DNA of 62,173 nt, filler included, from Dirinaria sp. TL-2023a (taxonomy: Eukaryota), in the NCBI GenBank assembly GCA_051941275.1. It is 9 parts of 9 records of this genome, joined end to end, with 100 filler letters (N's around TTAATTAATTAA, not from the genome) between each part and the next. Parts side by side here need not be neighbours in the genome. Positions count along the whole stretch, not along the records: positions 20,790 to 27,613 come from JAVEBF010001411.1; positions 27,714 to 34,536 come from JAVEBF010001412.1; positions 34,637 to 41,456 come from JAVEBF010001413.1; 6 more parts are not named here. One strand, written 5' to 3'. The notes under the pieces are model-generated. The model saw only the letters and a program-made list of their open reading frames with translations, ran no database searches and was not told the origin of the DNA. This document shows positions 24,167 to 35,981 of the stretch, piece after piece; position 1 is the first letter of the stretch; every line of letters starts with the position of its first letter. A program made the translations under genes and the position numbers.

Positions 24167-27127
24167 ATGGAGACGGAGACTACAACATGCGTCATAGACG
24201 CCAACACTCTCATTGACCACATTCACGAGGTCAAGGCTTTGGTCTATGATGGCCACATCCAGCTTTGTGTTGCTTTGAATAGTATGCCCACCTGCGCCAC
24301 CAAAATATTTCGTGCTTACGTTTCTCCAGCCATGGGCCGTATCGATCAAATTTGCAAAAAGTTCATCGAGCCAAAACCTGAGCCAGAAAAGGCTCCTCCT
24401 CCTAGGTCTGGTGGGAAGCCTAAGTCCGCAAGGGGAAAGCCTGCAAGAGAAAAGCCTGCGAAAGAAAAGCCTGCAAGGGAAAAGCCTGCAAGAGATATTA
24501 ACCCTCAAATAGCGCAAGAGTTCCTCGAGCGCTCGAAGCAGGGCGGCGAAGAATTGGCCGTGGAATTCCAGAAGGAGGAGGAACAATTCACGGTGTGGAA
24601 GAATCTGGAGTTACGGGAAGAGCAGGAGAAGCAGAAGAATGCAGATGGGAAACCAGCAACGTTCGCAGAAGCTCTTCTTGCAAAACTGAACATTGCAGAA
24701 GCACCAGCTGAATCTTTAAAAGGTTAGTAACAATATATTTTACATTGCATAGCTCACATACTCTGCCTAGGTCCAGTAAAGCCCAAGCTTGTCGCTATGG
24801 GTTCTGGAGCAAGCAAGTCGCCGTGGAAGAAAGCTGTGCCGTTGATCGCAGCAGAAGGCGTTCCTTTGTCTCTGAGGCCTTTCTTCGGGTATTTGCTATG
24901 GAGACTTCACGAGCGTGAGACATACAGCTTCACCAAGGACTCTTCCGTGCTCATCAGCGATAACAAGGAAACAATCGATGTCGGAAAAAAGCTTGGGGTT
25001 ACTGCTAAGACCTTTGCTGCGCTGCGCGCCCAGATCCTGACCCAAAATGGGCCACAGCCAGGTATTGCTACTTCGGGGGCCTTAGACCGCGACTTTGATC
25101 CACAAGCCAAACGTGTACCAGCTTCAAGGATCGGGGAGTGGCTGCAGGTTGAATTTGAAACAGGTGCCGAGGCTCCCATGCCCAAGAATCCATCTCCAGT
25201 AAATGGTGCTCGAAGAGTTCCCAAGCTGGCAGAGGATTTGGGATCACCGAAAAAAGAGGATGAAATTGAAACTCAAGAAAACCACGTAGAGGAAAATATT
25301 GCTGGGCCTGTCAATGACGTGGAGACATCGAATGAACCGGACACCCTTGTAACTCAAGAAAACAATGCAGAGGAAAACCTTGCCGGGCCAGTTAATGATG
25401 TGGAGATATCGAATGGACTGGAACAAATTGGAATGCAGGAAAATAATGTGGAAGAAAAGTATGCTGGACCAATTAATGATGTGGAGACGTCGAATGAGCC
25501 GGACAGAGTTGGAACTCAAGAAGACAATGCAGAGGAAAACCTTGCCGGGCCAATTCATGATGTGGAGATGTTGAAAGAGCCGGACAAGATTGACACTCAA
25601 ATAGGCCAAGTCGGAAACGACTCTTTAGAGCTTGTGCAGCCACAGAATGCCTCTTTAGAGCTTCTGACGAAGAATAAAGCAGAAGAGTTGGATGGTGAAG
25701 AGAAAAACTATGTCACTAATCGTGCTTGGGCTGATGTTGTGTCTAATCGAACACGCCCTGCACAACCCAAATCACCATTGCCTGTGCCAACCGCTTTAGC
25801 ACAGACTTCGGCTGCAGATATCGTTCCAGACAGATCCATAAATGCTTTGGATGACCCAGTGGCCCAGGAGAAGACAAGTAACATACTTGATTGGGTCCAA
25901 AAGGTGAAGGCAACTACCATTAAGGAAACAGACGCACAGATCAGCCTTCCGACCCATAGGAAACACCGGAGCCGCAAGTCCAAGGAACTCACACCACCTC
26001 CTGAGGAGCCGCCGAAACCCTTCAGACCCGTACTTATGCAGAGACCCCCAACTGCCTCACAGGTCGCCTCTGAAAATCGTTCCTCTCAGGTTGCCTCTGA
26101 AAACGCTCATTCTCAGATCACCTCGGATAAACCGCTGTCCCCTAGCCATACGCCTCCCATCGAGAATGGCATACGCGGAGGCTTAGCTAAGCACACTCCC
26201 AACCTCTCGGTCTCATCTGCTCGGTCAGCATCGATTAAAGATCCAACAAGCGAGCATCTATCCACGGAGGCACCACGTCCTGAGGTCACGGCAGTGAATG
26301 AACCTGAGGACAGTGAGGAAGAGGTGGTCGTTTTCAATCCAAGGGCGAAACGGCTCTCAGCGCAGAAGCAGCAGGCATCTAAGCAAATCTCCCCAGACTG
26401 GCACTCCCAAATCCATGAACCACCCTCGCTGCCAGTTGAAGCTCCTCCAAAACAACAAGCGCAAAGCCCCAAGCCAGCATCGCCAGAGCGCACAAGCCAG
26501 GCCAAGCCTCGTAAGCAACCAAAACCCAGGGCACCCGTCGTTATCGATCCCGATGCGTTTGGTCGAGATTTCGCAAGCAATCCTCGTTCAACCCAGCAGC
26601 ATCAGCGTCCTCATCCCCACGGGCGCGGTGGCTTCCAACAAGGACCGCCACGACGTCCTTTGTCTCAGCACGGTCCGTCTCCAGATCGCCATGGTCCTCA
26701 GCAAGGTCCGTCAATGCAACGTCCTGTTTCTCAACATGGTCCACCCCGTTCACAGCCGAGAGGCGGCCGAGTGCATCAGCAAGGTCAGGTACGGCGCAAC
26801 GAGCAAGTTGACATGAATGGTCCAACTGGCTACGCCCCTAACTTGCAGGCTGAACCGAACAATACCGACAGCCACGCTCCTAACGTCCAGTCGGGTAGCA
26901 ACAGAATGAACGGCAACGTTCCGAAACCACCAGCCGGGCCAAACGGGCAAAACGGAAACCCATTGAATGCTAAGAATGGTCAAACCAGGCCAACCAATGG
27001 AGCAGCTCGCAGTTCCCCTCCAAGAGAGCCACTTGTCGAGACTACGGGACCGGATGTAGATTTTGTGCTCAAGACCGGATCGACACGAGCATCTACCCGT
27101 GGAAGAGGTAGGCTTTGGGTCCCGTAG
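24167..27127 (+). CDS. PIN-domain protein (SMG6/Nmd4-like PIN) with a long disordered C-terminus; introns 24282-24329 and 24723-24770
   Basis: N-terminal CVIDANTLIDHI PIN strand; two 48-nt GT-AG introns; low-complexity tail with EEVVVFNP, IDPDAFGR and RGRGRLWVP motifs. Confidence 0.7.
25268..25591 (+). repeat. Coding minisatellite, 4 x 81 nt (27 aa)
   Basis: ACTCAAGAAAAC at 25271 and 25352; units TQENxxEENxAGPxNDVExxxEPD. Confidence 0.9.
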
Positions 27128-27613
27128 TTTCTTCCTCGGAAGAAGAAAATCTACATGGATGCAGCAAAAAGGCGAACCAAAATTCATCAGCGATCTACGG
27201 TGGTCTCAAATCACACAGACCGTGGGTTACCACCATTCAGCAGCAGCAGTGGAATGAACAACAAGACTCAGCTCTAAATCAACAGACATCATGCGTGAAA
27301 GAAGCGAGGTCTGCAAGAAGAAGCGCGGCGCAAAATGGCCGCTCACTGTCACTGAAAAAACACACCTTTCAAAAATGCGCAAAACTCGGCTTGCGATGGA
27401 GTCATGGTGTTGGGCAGGGAAAGATGCAATTCAAGTACCGAATCGAGAATGGACGCAACATGGAATCGAGGAGGAAGTCAGGGTGGCGGAGGAAAGGGGG
27501 ATTGAACAGATTGCCAGAAAAACTTCGTTTCTTTTTTCTTTTCTTCTTCAAATTGCTTTTGATTTACTTTCGTTGAGAGATCTATTTATTGAACTTGTTT
27601 GCTGTTGTTGTTA

Positions 27614-27713
27614 NNNNNNNNNNNNNNNNNNNNNNNNNNNNNNNNNNNNNNNNNNNNTTAATTAATTAANNNNNNNNNNNNNNNNNNNNNNNNNNNNNNN
27701 NNNNNNNNNNNNN
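27614..27713. other. Artificial contig linker
   Basis: N44-TTAATTAATTAA-N44. Confidence 0.99.
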
Positions 27714-27961
27714 ACTTGAGATGGGGTGAGGGGTGGAAGGGGTTCTGTGTTTAGAAGACAAGAAAGGAGAGATAAGAGAAGGAAAAGGAAAAGAAAAGGT
27801 CTTGGTCGTGGCGAATTGTAGAGAGGATAGTATGGCTACAAAAGTACGCAAGCAGTGAAGGAGCTTGGAGAGAAGGAATACACATAGTCTTACCCTTAAT
27901 TAAATAAAAAAAAGAATATATTTTATAATTGTGACAAAGGTTTTCAAGGTCACCACGTAGT

Positions 27962-28104
27962 ACGGTGATGGCGTAGCGGCATGACTCCGCGAAAGGCCTT
28001 GGAATTCCATCGTCTAACCCTCACCCGACACAGCTGCACCATTTTTTGGCAAGTTCTAATGTTTTTGACAAGGTCGAGGGTTCGAATCCTCACAGGCTCA
28101 CCCT
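27962..28104 (+). tRNA. tRNA-like Pol III element: degenerate tRNA-Pro-like pseudogene or tRNA-derived ncRNA
   Basis: A box TGGCGTAGCGG (27969-27979), B box GGTTCGAATCC (28079-28089), ACGGTGA/TCACCCT pairing 6/7, downstream poly-T. D, anticodon and T stems are imperfect. Confidence 0.45.
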
Positions 28105-28297
28105 TTGTTTTTTTTTTCCCATTCTTCTTGAGCTATGAGCACGTTAAAACCCAAATGGAAACGAAAGTATGTAGATTGATTGCAAGATAACGCTGTACTA
28201 GAACTGCACTCGGCAGTAAAGATAGAGGCGTAACGTTGTATCGTCCCTTACCGATGGATTACTATAATAATGCTAATTCTTTCCGTCCAGGGCTACC

Positions 28298-29584
28298 TCA
28301 CCATTTCCAATCCCCGCAAATAATCTCCATCTTCCCATCGAGCTCTCTTCTCAGTTCTGCTTTGATCTGCAAGATCCCCTCCTCCCCGTACTCGATCGCT
28401 ACCCCAAGTTCCTGACTCGTGTACCAGCTCGCTCGGTCCATGTTTCCACTTCCCAGGACGACTATCCGGTCATCTACGATTGTGCATTTGAGATGACATT
28501 TCACTGGCTCTTTTTGTCTCTCACGCTGAAGCGGAGGATTGAAATAGCCAAGCACCAGCTCTCCAAGAGGACGGGAGCGACCTTCTTCTGCGCTAAAGAC
28601 CTCTGCGGCTCTTTGTTTTGCATTGCTGGAATTTAGGATCCTTTTATATCGACCCATTAAACGCCAGACGCATATTTCAGTCACCGTGCCAGCTGTAAGT
28701 AGCTGTTCGAGGACCATCATACGTCGGTTCGTCAGTATACTGACATTTACCCCGCGCGCGAGGGCGGAGAGGATTGCCATGAGCACAGGTGGTGATGTGA
28801 GGTTCGGAGTTATAAGTACGATGCTGGATTCTGCGTTCGTAAACAGGCGGAGAAGGTACGTGTTCAGAGGCGTAGCTGGGGGAGTTGGGGCGCGTAGTGG
28901 CCAAGGCCTGAAATTGGGGTTTATATAATGAGGGGAGGGGAGGAGGGCCGTGCGGAATTTCCTGTGGGTCTGGCTGCTGAATGTTGAGGGAGTTGGCGCA
29001 GACGAAAGGCTGTCATCATCGCCCCAAGTCTCCCTCCAGAATCCCAGAAGAGATTGTACGATGGGCCCCTGAGCTGTAATGCAGCCTTCGAGCCAATTCT
29101 CCCAGCTAATGTTACAGCTTGGAAATACGGCCGTCTGACGATCTACAATGAGAAATTTCGAATGCAAAACACTGAATGGTCGGTAGAAGATGCTTTTCAC
29201 TTCTAAATCCAACCCTTTCAGTGCCTCTGGCGATGGAAGGCCGAGCTTTGAAGCCCAGGTCTTGGGAGGGTAGATGGAACCAGCTGAGGAAGACGTATGG
29301 AATAATTTCTGGCTCGGTGAACGTGAAGAGAAGCCTATACGCACTCTCAACTGTGTAATGGGAGCGCCGCTGGCGCAAATCTGGTCAGAAAGGTTGACGA
29401 GGAGGGTCGAGAGATGATTGAGAGTTTGCGAGCTGGCCCAGAAGCAGGTTACGAGGATGATCTCGTGTTTTGCGGTGGAGAGTAGAGGAAGGATAGAGTT
29501 GGCGTATAATGCTTCCCCTGTGCCAAGTTTTAGAGGGCTGATTTCAGAAACGTTCGTCTCAGACGTGGCATTTGGCGTGGACAT
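28298..29584 (-). CDS. Phospholipase D / nuclease superfamily protein with two HKD motifs
   Basis: HSKFLIVD and HLKCTIVD...GSGNMD; single exon, 428 aa. Confidence 0.88.
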   Translation of the reverse strand: MSTPNATSETNVSEISPLKLGTGEALYANSILPLLSTAKHEIILVTCFWASSQTLNHLSTLLVNLSDQICASGAPITQLRVRIGFSSRSPSQKLFHTSSSAGSIYPPKTWASKLGLPSPEALKGLDLEVKSIFYRPFSVLHSKFLIVDRQTAVFPSCNISWENWLEGCITAQGPIVQSLLGFWRETWGDDDSLSSAPTPSTFSSQTHRKFRTALLPSPHYINPNFRPWPLRAPTPPATPLNTYLLRLFTNAESSIVLITPNLTSPPVLMAILSALARGVNVSILTNRRMMVLEQLLTAGTVTEICVWRLMGRYKRILNSSNAKQRAAEVFSAEEGRSRPLGELVLGYFNPPLQRERQKEPVKCHLKCTIVDDRIVVLGSGNMDRASWYTSQELGVAIEYGEEGILQIKAELRRELDGKMEIICGDWKW

Positions 29585-29999
29585 ATCGGCTTAAGCTGAG
29601 CAGATATTGAACGCTCTAGCATAGGTACAATTTTCCTGTGGCCTAATATAATGCTGCTGGGACGCATTCGCAATTGAATGCTTGGCAAGACTCATAGTTA
29701 GGCTATTTGCTTATATACAATGTTCTTGTCAATTATTTAGCTGTTCGCGACTGATAGGAATACCAACTAGGAGGAGGCGAGAAGGCTCCCCCATACTACT
29801 CCAGGTCCGGAGTGTGCCTCCTCACCACCCGGTGTTTCAGGGTTAGGGTTGTGAAGCCCAGGTCTTCTAACCACCCAAGTTGAACTGGTCTATATTGAAA
29901 TACAGTACCTGGACCTGCCTGAGTAGCTTCAATCTACCAGCTCACTCTATTTGGACGGAACTTGTTACATCGAGTGCAAATACTTTTGAATACACTTCA

Positions 30000-31138
30000 A
30001 TGACTTTCATTATACGCGCCCCATTACCAGCAAGTCCTCCCCGATCTCCATCCTCCTCTGATGAAGATGGAGGCTCTCTGGACTCCGAAGACGATACCTC
30101 GATGCTCGAAACTGCTCGCCCCGCAAAACGTGTAAGACTTTCATCCACACAAGTTATCACACCTGGTGAAATGGTCACCGATGACCCGCAATGGATGCGG
30201 TATAACCCCCAATATTTCTAAACGTTTCACATATCCAAAGCCTATAGCCCAGCCCATGTTTATTTCTAACGTGTGGTACTAGTGGTCATGGTACATACAC
30301 TGCACCAGCTACCACGCAAACCACCATTCATTCCTCCCTCGCTGGCACCCTCCAGCGAACCAACAAGCTCCTTTCCATCCAACCCTTACGCTCAAGGTAC
30401 GCCCCTGAGATTGGCGACCTTGTAGTCGGCCGCATCTGTGAAGTGCAAACGAAGCGGTGGAAAGTCGATCTCGGCGCCTCTCTTCTGGCACTACTACCCC
30501 TCTCAGCAATAAACCTCCCCGGCGGTATACTACGAAAACGGACAGGAACGGATGAATTAGCTATACGGACTTTCTTCAGCGAAGGGGAGCTACTGGTGGC
30601 AGAAGTGCAGTCGATCTACGGAGACGGCAGTGCGAGTCTGCACACTCGAAGCTTGAAGTATGGGAAATTACGCAATGGTGTTTTCCTCGCCGTAAAAGGT
30701 GTAGGCGGTAGGGGGACTGTTGTGCGATCGCGACGCCAAGTTTGGACTGTGAATACAGCGCATGGTGGTGGTGAGGTGGATGTATACCTTGGTGTCAATG
30801 GATATGTTTGGATCTGCAAACGTGCTTCTTCGACGGCTGTGGAGCAGGGGAAACAGATTGCTATAACGAGGCTGGAGGAGGGCGCAAGTGAGAGTATGTA
30901 CGAGAGTCGCAACGAGTATATCGCGATAGAGACGAGAAGGGAAATTGCGCGGTTAGCCGGCTGTGTGATGGCCTTGGTAGAAGGGGGAGCGAGGGTCGAC
31001 GAGGAGATGGTAATGAGCGCTTATGAGGCGAGCCTTGACCTTGAAGCGGAGGAAGAGGAGGGTCAAGAGAAAGGCTACCTAGGTGGGGAACAAGGCAGGA
31101 GAGTGGTCGAGAGGGCTTTGGCGGCAGGTAGGCAGTGA
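30000..31138 (+). CDS. RRP4: Exosome cap subunit Rrp4, intron 30200-30282
   Basis: [68 protein letters not shown]. Confidence 0.95.
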
Positions 31139-31449
31139 CATGGGGAAGTCTTGTTCTCCGTAAACGAGACCCCGTATATAGGCCGCAAAGATATGGTCAT
31201 TTGCGAGGCCTCAGGTGGTCTGACGATTGGTAAGTTACTGTTGTGTCTCCTTCTACTCGATTGCTATTCTCCAAACGATGTCTCTTTTGTCCCCGTTTCT
31301 CGGCTCTGGAAATTTGAGGGGACCAAAGAAAGGCCAAAAGTTAGTCCCGACTCCGTAGCCGATATGGTACAGAAAGAACAATGCTGCCAGGCTGAGCAAG
31401 TCTCCTTGCCTTCTCTGTGCGCATCACTCCTTATAGTACACTTCTTATG

Positions 31450-33850
31450 TTAAGAGCCGGATTTCCTTCCCACTCGACCTCTGCAGCACGTCTCATCTTG
31501 TGAGCGGGCCCAGCTTTCTCGATTCTCAATTCAGAAAAAGGAATCGTGCACTGATATCTCATCTCTCCTCTCTGTAGCCAGCGTCGTATATAATTTCTCT
31601 ACAATGCTGTATTTGCTCGAAGCTTTTGCTTAAGTACGGCTTCTCTTGTCAATCTCTTTTCGTCGGGTTTCAAATCCTGATTTATCTCAGCATACATCGT
31701 TTGCTGTTCTGCTCACATGCTTGTACTATTTCCTTCACACTACAGGGTCTCTTTCTCGCTCCTTTACATCCAATAACATATCTTTTGTGCGAGTGAGTGA
31801 ACGATAGTGCTTTGAATGTCTGTATTGGGTTTCTAGCGTTACAGATATTGCTGTTAGGTAGCAGCCTCTCCTGTTATCACGTAGATTGCTTTCTCTGCTT
31901 CTTGAAGCTGTTTTCATGATGTCGAAACTTCTTTTGGCGCCATACTTAATGCAGGATTTACATCCTCAAAACCAGCTTCGGTGACGGCCCTTGATAATCA
32001 AGCCAAAAGAAAGCAAAGAAACACAGCCTCTTATCTGTTAGCATCTAGCTCATGCTTGCTGCAATGCTTGATTAAGCTCTTAACAGATGCATGCTAGGAA
32101 TTCCTCTAGCTCTAACCAGCCTCTGCGCCTGTAGAATTACGCTTCATTTCTATTTCAGATCGATGATCCTACACCCTATATGACTTGTTAATGATACTCG
32201 ATGAAAGCTAAGCTGTTCGATCACTTCACGAAGCGTTGAGCGTGTCTACATCCCGTGGGAATGTTTCAGAGGTCAGCACCCAGTAGCTGAGCCCAATCTT
32301 CGAATCGTAGTCAGCCTGCTCAGTCGAATCTCCGCTTGTATCCTTGGTCTTGACGGGATACACCTCGACGACAAAATTTTTGATGGATCTGCCCCTGGCT
32401 TTTGTCTTTATACGACAATTCTTCAACCCCTGGCACGTTCACCAGAAATGAGGTAAGGGCATTGGGGGACTAGCAAGTATGCACCTAGAAGGTAGTAGAG
32501 TGGTTGGATGGTTGAGTTACAAAAATGCTAGGGAGACTACTAAATAAGGTACCCCTCAGGAATAAACTAGTTCATTTTCGGACTAGCAACCATCCCCCTC
32601 TCTCTCCACCACCTCTCTCTCCACCAGGCTACTCGCCATAAGAAGATACCAATCCATACTCAATGCTCCTTATCCCCATTATTATCGTGACTTCCACCGT
32701 TGTTATCCTTCTCAGCATCATTGCCACCATCGTTGTCCTTCTCAGCGTCATTGCGGCCAGCATCAGCATCCTAATCGCCAGTTTGGTCTTTCGTACTCAT
32801 GATAGCCACTGGGGCTACCTGCCGTTGCTCCAACTGTTCTCTTAACTTGATATTCTCGCTTGCTAATTTCTTGACCGTTGCCAATAGGTCTTTGTTAGCT
32901 GCGAAGAATACCTCGTTCATTTCTTTTGACCAGCTGTCATTTTCCACCGCTACACGATAAGTCTCTATGTTGCGTCTTTGTTTTCGTGATCAATTATCTT
33001 CGAAGAAATGACGAGCCGAATTACGGCGAGATGTTGCATCGCTCGACCAGTGGCAGTTACCCAGTCATGTTCTGGTCTCCTTCAAGGTAACGAGTCTTAC
33101 CATCTCAGTAGAACTTGACCTGATACACTTTGAGGATGCTTAATCCAGCGCACTTCGCTTTCTGATGTGTAAGCGAACAACGAAAGTCTCTTTTTTGGTT
33201 ATGATTAAACCTTGCGTCTTCGGCCTTGGTCCCAGATCCCTCCGGTCTTGACTGGATTTGAGGCATATGATAGATGTCGAGTCTTCGAGAATCCTTCGAG
33301 GATTATTCTCACAAGTTGAAGTCAGATCAAAGACTTCGGATTAGTCGAGCATATGTCTGCAGTCTGTAATTTCTACTCGTCTTGTTACTTGGCGCGTCAG
33401 TCGCATTGTCTAGAGTCTCTTTGCTCTCCTTTTGCATCGTCTCTTATGTCATGCACTTAACTAATATCTGCTATGCCGGAAAACTATCGCTACCGCGTCG
33501 ACGTCGTCCTTCGAAAGTCGCGATGCTGTTTTCGACCTAAGGAGATTACGAAATCAGCAGTGGAAGTGCACTAGGAGTCTGAAGTGGACCTACTTCTAGG
33601 TGATGTTGACATTGCGGTCGAAAACGACTCCGAGTTTGACTGCTGACATCTTTTGGTTCTGGCTCGTGTCTTTTCGGGTGCGGTCCAATTCTCATTTAGA
33701 GGATTAAAGTGTTGCACTGCTTGACCAGTGGTAATCAACGACTTGCGTTTTAATCTTCTTTAAGATACAGAATCTGGTTATTGGGATCGAAATTGGTCTG
33801 GTAATATTTCAATATCATCAGTCCAGCTCGGTTCGCTTCTCGAGCCATGG
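31450..33850 (-). pseudogene. Decayed multi-exon gene with many in-frame stops (RIP-like); identity unknown, boundaries approximate
   Basis: Long protein-like frames (EPSWTDDIEILPDQFRSQ*PDS..., NDAEKDNDGG repeats, GLKNCRIKTKARG...YWVLTSE) broken by TAA/TAG/TGA that are one C>T step from Gln/Arg codons; relic splice sites near 32433 and 32551. Confidence 0.45.
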
Positions 33851-34536
33851 AAAAGAAAAGATTAATAAAATGATACAGGAGCTTAAGTAGGGTCTGATAC
33901 TATAATTTAAGTCAAATATGAGTCGAGGGGAAGAGACTCAAGAAGAAACACAGAGTTAAAAAAATTGGCAGGTATAAACCAGGGGCGCTTCGAAATTGAG
34001 TACAGTTAACTGGATGAAGCCGCATTTCTTAGCGCTTTTCTTGATTCTGGAGTCGCTGTATCGTTGAGGCTTCAGTTCTAGCCTACAGCTTGCTTGAAAC
34101 TGGTCCATAACAAAGTCGATGTGGGCCTGCTCTCCTCAAGGCTTGAACGTCTAACTTAAAAGACAGCATGGCGATGGCCCGCTGACATCTACTGGAAGAT
34201 TATACATGATGGTCTTTATTCTCGATGACTATGTCGAACACAGCGGGTCGAGCATTAAACACGTCAAAGACGCTTGTCAATTTTTTATCACGAACGCGTT
34301 TTGGATCTTGCATCTTTCTAATGTGCTGGAAATGAGAGGCTTGAAGGTTTCTCTTGAGACGGATCTAAAAATCATCATTGATTCTGATATTTCGAAAAAA
34401 TCTTGAGACTAAGAAGAATGTAAAAGATTTCTTCGCTCTTGTGTATCGGTGTTGAAAGATATTGAAAAGTAATAAAGAAATATGTTCGCACGTTTAACGA
34501 TTGAAAAATGTACGTATTTGTCCCAAAATTTTGATG

Positions 34537-34636
34537 NNNNNNNNNNNNNNNNNNNNNNNNNNNNNNNNNNNNNNNNNNNNTTAATTAATTAANNNNNNNN
34601 NNNNNNNNNNNNNNNNNNNNNNNNNNNNNNNNNNNN
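34537..34636. other. Artificial contig linker
   Basis: N44-TTAATTAATTAA-N44. Confidence 0.99.
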
Positions 34637-35158
34637 ACTCCCCTCACGCCAATGCCCGCCTCATCGGCGTCGAATACATGATCAGCGCTGCGCTCTACAA
34701 GACCCTCTCATCCGACGAGCGCAAGCTATGGCACAGCCACGTCTTCGAAGTCAAGTCGGGGATGCTGATCATGCCAGGGCCCAACGGCCTGCCGACAGGT
34801 ATATGGGAAGAGGCGGAAACCAAGGAAATGGAGCAGGTTGTTGGGTTGTACGGCAAAACCTACCATTTCTGGCAGGTGGATAGAGGAGACAAACTACCTT
34901 TAGGAGAGCCGCAGTTGATGATGAGCTTCACGAAAGAGGAGCAATGTCCGGGTTTCAAGGAGCTGATTGGGGAAAGAGATGGTAGATTCGGGATCAGCTA
35001 TGAACAGAAGGCCGAAAAGAGAGCTTATATCGAAGAGCCAACAATAGCGGAGGGTGAGTAGTTCCCAGGGCGGCAAAGCCCAGATCCGGAGAACGTGCTA
35101 AAGCCGCTGCGTAGAAGCCGATAGCTGTTGGAAAGCAGGTAGCGTGACGAAGTCGTAG
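34637..35158 (+). CDS. DUF1264 / oil-body-associated protein (OBAP) family, 5' partial; intron 35054-35114
   Basis: [11 protein letters not shown]...[17 protein letters not shown]...[25 protein letters not shown]. Confidence 0.9.
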
Positions 35159-35885
35159 TACCTAAAGCAAGCGTAAAAAGGCGCACTGCCTGATCAAACA
35201 TGATAGGAAGCAGATCTCCACTCGATGTATCATAAAAGGGCACGAATTTTCCATGTAACATAAGCAGCGAAACAAGTCTCCTCCACTCAATATCCCAGAG
35301 CACAGGGCTTTTGTGTCCCCCAAATTCTCTATATTCAGCGATAGCGACCAGCTGAACACCGACACAATTTTTCATGAGCCGTTGGAAAGAAAAAAGTCAG
35401 GGGAATCCTCGAATCAATTAATAATTGACCAAGAATTGATCGTTTAATCTTGCTTCCCTGTCCACACTTGCGCATCCTTGACAGGTTGGCGACGGCAAGC
35501 TCTAGCGTATTTTTGGAAGCTGGACCACAAATAATGGAATGAACCCAAATCATGCAAGTAGTTCATTCATTCAGAAGGGGGGATTGGTCAGGAAGGCGAG
35601 AATCAATCTCGTGAATAGAGCGCGAGTTGGGTGCATACTGTACGAGTACATGCAGTATGACCCGATTGCATTCGCATGAGAATAAATTGTTGGACGACCT
35701 CGCCCGATCCCAGCAAGAGGCGGCGGCTTGATATGAGAATTGAGATACCTTACTCCATCCTCGATCGGAGCATAATAGCAATAACACCGAAAAAGTATCA
35801 CTTTGAGTAACGTTGTCGCAGGCAGTGTGCAAAGAAGTTTTCTGTTTAGCGCCAAGACCTCCCTAGCGCGTTCTCGGATCTGCAT

Positions 35886-35981
35886 CTCGGATGAACATGC
35901 GCTAAAGCTCGGATAGACATCTACGGTTAGAGATTAGAGAGGTGTCTACCTTATCCGACCACTAGCGCATGTCCAGCCGAG
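35886..35981. repeat. 96-nt imperfect inverted repeat / hairpin
   Basis: Outer arms pair at 17/19 (CTCGGATGAACATGCGCTA with TAGCGCATGTCCAGCCGAG); inner TCGGATA/TATCCGA and TAGACATCT/AGGTGTCTA. Confidence 0.8.

Noticed and set aside
34200..34536. MULE transposase C-terminus
   Set aside because: Only a vague DPKRVR resemblance in degraded sequence
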